Shown: piece after piece, positions 60,601 through 64,000 of the stretch
Layout of the letters: every line of letters starts with the position of its first letter
Position numbering within the stretch: position 1 is the stretch's first letter
NCBI GenBank assembly: GCA_046155785.1
Contig: JBJXFR010000191.1
Span: 7,925-71,924 of the forward strand
Direction of reading: 5' to 3'
DNA: 64,000 bases
DNA from: Blastocatellia bacterium
GTDB taxonomy: Bacteria > Acidobacteriota > Blastocatellia > RBC074
Notes under the pieces: model-generated
Told to the model about the DNA's origin: nothing
What the model saw: only the letters and a program-made list of their open reading frames with translations
Databases searched by the model: none
Program-made: the position numbers and the translations under genes

Positions 60601-62066
60601 TGACCATCGCCAACGCTGGCGTGGCGGCTTCCTGCGTAACAACTGGCGGATGCTCGCTGACGATCAATCCGGCTACCTTGCCGGGCGGATTTGTCGGCAC
60701 GCTTTACAGCCAAACGCTGACGGCATCCGGCGGAACGGGCCCATACACCTTCTCGGTGGATCTATCCGGTCCGTTGCCTGCGTCACTCAATCTGGTCGGT
60801 GACACCATCACCGGAACTCCGTCAGCGACGGGCGTCCATAACGTTGTCATCAAAGTCACAGACACCAGCAACAACTGTATGACTACGCGGAGTTACACGC
60901 TGGTTATCAGCGGAACGGGTTTGATGTATTACCCGATAACGCCTTGCCGGTTGTTGGATACGCGTAACTCAACAACAATCACCGGCGGAACGTCGTTGAC
61001 ACAAGCGGTTACTGGCATCTGCGGCATTCCGGTCGGGGCGCAAGCCGTGGTTGGAAACGTCACCACAGTTTCTCCTGTGTCAGCGGGTCATTTGACCATT
61101 TACCCGGGCGACGGAACGTTGCCTACATCCGCCAATTCCAATTTCCAGGCGAATCAAATAACCAATAACCTTTTCACTTCCAAGTTGGGTGTTGCCAACG
61201 GAGATATAAAAATCTACGTGCATCGCACAACTCACGTGGTTGTGGATGTAAACGGGTATTACGCAGCGCCCGGCGCAAATGCGTTGTATTTCCACCCGTT
61301 GTCTACTCCGATTAGGTTGATGGATACGCGCGTAGGATTTACCGCTTGTGTAACCCCCGGAGCGGCATTGGCTGCAAACTCCAACACCGTTGTTCAGGGT
61401 GCGACCACTTGCAGCGGCATCACGATTCCCGCCACCGCCAGAGCTTTGGTTGGAAACGCAACCACTGTCGGCCCAACGGGCGCAGGCTGGATTACGCTCT
61501 ATCCTGGTGATCTTGCTTCGCCACCGCTTGTCGCCAGCGGCAACTACACATCGGGGCAAACCCTGAATTCGCAATTCTATGTTGGCTTGTCTCCAAGCGG
61601 ACAGTTCAAACTGTTCACCACACAGCAAACCAACATGGTGATTGACATCAGCGGGTACTTCAGCACGGAACCGATGGACGCCAATGGGCTGGGATTGTTG
61701 TTTGCTCCAATGACGCCCAATCGGTTGCTGGAAACTCGTGTTGGCTTTAGCGGATGCACGACTCCGGGAGCGGCGCTGGCTGCGGCCTCGGAAACTTCGC
61801 AAGCCGCGCGTGGCTTCTGCACGATTCCGGCAACGGCGCAAGCCATAGTCGGAAACGCGACGGTCGTGACTCCAGCGGCTCTAGGCTTCCTGACCTTGTG
61901 GCCAAGCGATGTCACCAGACCGACTACCGCCAATTCCAACTGGGTAGCCAATGACGTTTTCAATCGCCACTTCACGGTCAAACTGGGTGGGGATGGAGCT
62001 TTCAAAATCTATCCGCAAACCGCAACCCACCTGGTGATTGATGTTTCCGGTGCGTTCGTGCCCTAA
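57693..62066 (+). CDS. large secreted multidomain protein: BNR/Asp-box propeller, 2x FN3, lectin-like region, He_PIG Ig domain, 3x unnamed C-terminal repeat
   Basis: The start is GTG 57693, preceded by AGGAG (57681-57685), followed by a signal peptide. Asp-boxes are STDSGATW, TTDNGANW, STNGGTSY, STDGGATW and FDDGVNW. FN3-like segments follow, then LPGGFVGTLYSQTLTASGGTGPYTF. Three repeats of about 125 aa occupy 60921-62063. Confidence 0.8.
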   Translation: MNKRVLSLVAVLCLLTLPLLLPTTSTYAKKLLTSLVPAKLAPTAAAQNSPWPSLPDQLTRYKVQPGSALEQLIKDNQQFGMLRPDEASDLRGLPPWIRVWWRKAHPELVYSATDPTGGYPLVLKEVVEWMEHHQDLKPAPAPPSVPPPPKGPNSPDATITGEQRISGAQTTPRSESDIRVNYFDPTKIISGSNAITSGGHQAMFYSTDSGATWGQTSLPFTGSDGFHSDPTVDWTSDGRGWSSTLGIQGSTLRLRNYFTTDNGANWTFEDTPSDAQTSVDKQWVWVDHNAASPFFNQQYAIWHNGTPAFVSFRTAGAGGVWSAPLQITGAESTGTAIGSDIKTNSDGHVFAFWPTTGNRRIFVSKSTNGGTSYGTPVQIATTFDGFDIGVPSFNGRRALIYTASAAYKTPSKNLVYTTWTDLSGDAGCTAAANEPGANVASTCKTRIWFSRSTDGGATWSTPVKINNQAGLNDQFNQALVVDETTGALALMYYDTVADAGRKKVHVYYQGSFDDGVNWSAPMQVTTAQTDETVAGADSGNQFGDYNALSGYAGIFFPSWTDRRNNAREEIWTAKISDQACTTPGVPTGTAASATAANQITVTWSDGAPSSAKYNVYRAVGTCASPGAFTLVASNVMATTYVDTMVSGGTTYSYKITGKDVTGNCESAQSTCGQATATGVCNLPPTFAGLTSVTNAALANCTLNLAWSAATANCAGPVTYTVYRATTAGFTPGVGNQIATGLAGTSYTDTGALMNGIRYYYVVRSTDGSNSATDTNTVERSGVPSGPVTLSTLTETFEGALSGGGFDNAGWTHQALTGAVDWVWSTAQSQTPTHGWHSASQITVSDRVLVSPVFGANAGTTLSFWHTFDFETNAGGTTFFDGGTLEYSTNAGANWTVMPDANFTAGGFNATISTGFSNPIGGLRAWGGGAIGAMTQVTVNLASLAGNNVMLRWREGDDSSAADPGWFVDSVTIANAGVAASCVTTGGCSLTINPATLPGGFVGTLYSQTLTASGGTGPYTFSVDLSGPLPASLNLVGDTITGTPSATGVHNVVIKVTDTSNNCMTTRSYTLVISGTGLMYYPITPCRLLDTRNSTTITGGTSLTQAVTGICGIPVGAQAVVGNVTTVSPVSAGHLTIYPGDGTLPTSANSNFQANQITNNLFTSKLGVANGDIKIYVHRTTHVVVDVNGYYAAPGANALYFHPLSTPIRLMDTRVGFTACVTPGAALAANSNTVVQGATTCSGITIPATARALVGNATTVGPTGAGWITLYPGDLASPPLVASGNYTSGQTLNSQFYVGLSPSGQFKLFTTQQTNMVIDISGYFSTEPMDANGLGLLFAPMTPNRLLETRVGFSGCTTPGAALAAASETSQAARGFCTIPATAQAIVGNATVVTPAALGFLTLWPSDVTRPTTANSNWVANDVFNRHFTVKLGGDGAFKIYPQTATHLVIDVSGAFVP

Positions 62067-62091
62067 ACTCAGGTTGAGTCACGACGTTGAA

Positions 62092-62125
62092 ATGTGTCGT
62101 GGGATTCCATCCCGCGACACATTTT
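62092..62125 (+). terminator. hairpin (GTGTCG-GGG family) after the large gene
   Basis: ATGTGTCGTGGGA-TTCCA-TCCCGCGACACAT is followed by TTT, 25 nt after the stop. Confidence 0.6.
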
Positions 62126-62160
62126 CCCGGCATACCGCGCAAGCGTCACCACATAATTTA

Positions 62161-62196
62161 AAGGGCAAGGCTTCTTCCGAAACCTTGCCCTTTTTG
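62161..62196 (+). terminator. rho-independent terminator
   Basis: AAGGGCAAGG-loop-CCTTGCCCTT overlaps and runs into TTTTTG. Confidence 0.75.
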
Positions 62197-62199
62197 TAA

Positions 62200-62414
62200 T
62201 TGCTCAGCCCCATTCAGATGCGTGAGCGATGGTTAAGAAGAGGGCGAAAAAGGCAGGCATCACGGCGGAGATTCCGCCGCATTCCTTCCGGGCGACGGGA
62301 ATCACGGCTTATCTTGAGAACGGCGGAACGGTTGAGCCTGCCCGTAACATTGAAGGTTTCATTACGGCGAGAGCCGTCACTTCGGTACATCATCAAGGTT
62401 GTAGTACCGAATAG
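62200..62414 (+). pseudogene. tyrosine recombinase (phage integrase family) C-terminal remnant
   Basis: The fragment reads ..MVKKRAKKAGITAEIPPHSFRATGITAYLENGG.. . That is the conserved HxxR box region only. An in-frame TGA lies immediately upstream and a frame change lies before it. There is no N-terminal domain and no recognisable catalytic Tyr segment. Confidence 0.7.
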
Positions 62415-62619
62415 TACTGAAATCAGGGATCCCCAGCCAGATTCCTTCAAAGAAAAGTGTCCCTTGAACTTCAAACTCATCTTTCATAAAGAGTAAGACT
62501 TTCATCCCATTTTCTAAAGTTTCCCCATATTGCTTGATGCTTTCAAGCGAACCGATTGTGTTCAAGCACACACGGCCTTGTTCATCACAGGAGTTAAAAT
62601 CAACATAGAGCTTAACCAT
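62377..62619 (-). CDS. hypothetical small protein (cassette gene D)
   Basis: 80 aa in AT-rich DNA, 9 nt downstream of gene C. Its 3' end overlaps the integrase remnant. Confidence 0.5.
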   Translation of the reverse strand: MVKLYVDFNSCDEQGRVCLNTIGSLESIKQYGETLENGMKVLLFMKDEFEVQGTLFFEGIWLGIPDFSTIRYYNLDDVPK

Positions 62620-62628
62620 CTAATTCTT

Positions 62629-63159
62629 TCATACGTTTCTGCTTATAGATAAAAAAGAAAACCAATCTCTCTTTTTTAATGCACTGCGCGGCAGCTCTAA
62701 AGAGTGACTCACATCTTGTAAATCGTTCGATGATAGCTCCTTTGCGGCAATCAGTCTCTCTAATCTGTTTCCCTGCCAAGCGGCTATAATCTCATACTCC
62801 CCTCGCTGACTCAGTACCTCATTGATTTTGTCTTCTACCATTACTCGATCCTCTTTCAAACTAAACTTCCAGCTTGGAAACCATACTGGCCATGATGGAG
62901 CAGGTAAAGACACGCTAAAAGCTTTGATGATTACTTCAAATGAGTCATATGGGAGGGGAGCAAGCGTAAATACACGTACATCAGCGTCATCTCGTTCATC
63001 CCAATCAATCAAATCAAAGTAAAATACTTTTTGGCATTTAGAGCACTGTAAGATCCCTTCCGTAATGCCGTCATAGCTATCCAAGCCTATAACTCTACTG
63101 CCAGTAGAAAATAAACAATGACTCTCAAGAGGCAAATCACCAGTATTGTTTTCTTTCAT
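62629..63159 (-). CDS. hypothetical protein (cassette gene C, candidate immunity/partner)
   Basis: 176 aa. Its ATG directly abuts the stop of gene B. I recognised no family. Confidence 0.55.
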   Translation of the reverse strand: MKENNTGDLPLESHCLFSTGSRVIGLDSYDGITEGILQCSKCQKVFYFDLIDWDERDDADVRVFTLAPLPYDSFEVIIKAFSVSLPAPSWPVWFPSWKFSLKEDRVMVEDKINEVLSQRGEYEIIAAWQGNRLERLIAAKELSSNDLQDVSHSLELPRSALKKRDWFSFLSISRNV

Positions 63160-63669
63160 TTATTTTTTAAACCCCCAAAGATCATTCCAGCGTTTAGCAT
63201 CTGCTTGTGATACAGGATGAGGTAGCTCAACAGTTCGATGACGCTTATCTCTACCCGGAGTGTTATGAACTGGAAAAGCCTTTTCAACAACTTTACGCGG
63301 TAACGCTCTGAAATCTGAGCGCGTGGGCGGTCCAGCCGTTGTACTAACTCCATGAACCAATTCGCCCGGATTTGCCAATGACTCTTCTGATAATCGCTCT
63401 AACCGGTTAGCTGACTCAGGGCCGCTGGCGTATCTTATCAGTATTTCTTCATCATCATCATCATCATCATCATCCTCATCAGGCTCAGCCGGAACCGGGC
63501 TTACGAATGTTTTTATGGCTGTTGCAACTGCCGCAGCAATTAAGGTTTTAACTAGAATTTGTTTTGCAACAGTAGAAGCCGCTCCAACAGTTGCTCCTGC
63601 TCCCGTTTGTGGAGCAACGAGCGCAATAACCGGCACTCCTATGTAAGCCGCAACCATAGCGCCAGCCAT
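63160..63669 (-). CDS. hypothetical protein with Gly/Ala-rich hydrophobic N-terminus, poly-Asp linker and basic C-terminal domain (cassette gene B, candidate effector)
   Basis: 169 aa. The N-terminus MAGAMVAAYIGVPVIALVAPQTGAGATVGAAS...LIAAAVATAIKTF forms two hydrophobic segments. The linker is EPDEDDDDDDDDEE. The C-terminal domain of about 95 aa is rich in K, R and H. Confidence 0.55.
   Translation of the reverse strand: MAGAMVAAYIGVPVIALVAPQTGAGATVGAASTVAKQILVKTLIAAAVATAIKTFVSPVPAEPDEDDDDDDDDEEILIRYASGPESANRLERLSEESLANPGELVHGVSTTAGPPTRSDFRALPRKVVEKAFPVHNTPGRDKRHRTVELPHPVSQADAKRWNDLWGFKK
63451..63474. repeat. (ATC)8 / (GAT)8 trinucleotide microsatellite inside gene B
   Basis: Eight perfect ATC units on the plus strand encode Asp8 on the minus strand. 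Confidence 0.95.
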
Positions 63670-63836
63670 TTTATCCGCTGCATGATGCCTGATAACATGG
63701 ATCTCCCCATCCGCGCCTAACTCTGCATATTCTTTGTTGTAAGTTGGTGAGCAAAATTATTTCGGTATTTTGAATGCTGATGTCCAATAAACTCAGGATT
63801 GGCAGCAATTCTTTATGCCATGTTAATTTTGGTCAC

Positions 63837-64000
63837 CTACTTATATTTTTTGTAATCCTCCCACCCCGGTTCATTAGGGCCAGGTCCATGCATTGCTCCC
63901 CAAGCCAACCCATAACTTCCTGCCCCTCCAATGCATCCACAGTCAGTACTATAACCCCCCATAAGACCTGCAGTTGCAGTCCCACCCGCCACACCTAATC
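63837..64000 (-). CDS. 3' end of a Gly-rich ORF running off the window (partial)
   Basis: Hand translation of the minus strand gives ..LGVAGGTATAGLMGGYSTDCGCIGGAGSYGLAWGAMHGPGPNEPGWEDYKKYK, ending at stop 63839-63837. It is absent from the track because no start codon lies inside the window. Confidence 0.4.
   Translation of the reverse strand, partial: LGVAGGTATAGLMGGYSTDCGCIGGAGSYGLAWGAMHGPGPNEPGWEDYKKYK

Noticed and set aside
62200-62496. 98-aa plus-strand ORF and 61-aa ORF (62229-62414) treated as intact genes.
   Set aside because: Both are alternative frames of one decayed integrase C-terminal fragment. Only about 35 residues are integrase-like, there is a stop immediately upstream, and no catalytic Tyr region is present.
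63670-63756. In-frame protein-like sequence (FCSPTYNKEYAELGADGEIHVIRHHAADK) upstream of the gene B ATG, suggesting a longer gene or a fusion with the upstream Gly-rich ORF.
   Set aside because: There is no in-frame ATG, GTG or TTG between the TAA at 63759-63757 and ATG 63669. The Gly-rich ORF is in a different frame. It may be a relic of a longer ancestral gene, but that cannot be shown from this window.

Overview
This is a 64-kb bacterial chromosomal segment of about 50-55% GC by eye. Gene content includes a DUF1501 plus DUF1549/DUF1553 pair, a TPR-TonB_C protein, carboxypeptidase-regulatory-like domains and many signal-peptide hydrolases. That points to an Acidobacteriota- or Planctomycetota-like soil bacterium, which is an inference and not verified.

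Main blocks:
(1) A thrS-infC-rpmI-rplT-pheS-X-pheT translation cluster sits downstream of tRNA-Val(GAC). infC uses an AUU start. An unrecognised 257-aa ORF is wedged between pheS and pheT.
(2) DUF1501, a polytopic membrane protein and DUF1549/DUF1553, followed by a small zinc-ribbon ORF translationally coupled to an MFS transporter.
(3) A 19-kb minus-strand run of secreted hydrolases and a nucleoside-salvage cluster (cdd, udk, PNP). The cluster has two ABC permeases with no ATPase or binding protein nearby, split by a beta-lactamase-like gene and preceded by an M14 peptidase.
(4) An hpnD-like/hpnE pair, a frameshifted S15 peptidase, HtrA, and an ECF sigma/anti-sigma pair.
(5) Two different complete complex II (sdh/frd) operons flanking a metallophosphoesterase.
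(6) A 1457-aa secreted BNR/FN3 protein ending in three tandem copies of an unnamed domain of about 125 aa.
(7) From about 62.2 kb, an AT-rich accessory patch. It begins with a decayed tyrosine-recombinase fragment and continues with a compact three-gene cassette of unrecognised small proteins, a candidate toxin/immunity-like system that is cut by the window end.

Several families of short palindromic or modular repeats are scattered through the window. They lie in intergenic spacers, inside operons, and once in frame inside a CDS. No rRNA, CRISPR array or intact transposase was seen. All coordinates of hairpins and corrected starts were derived by hand from the sequence.
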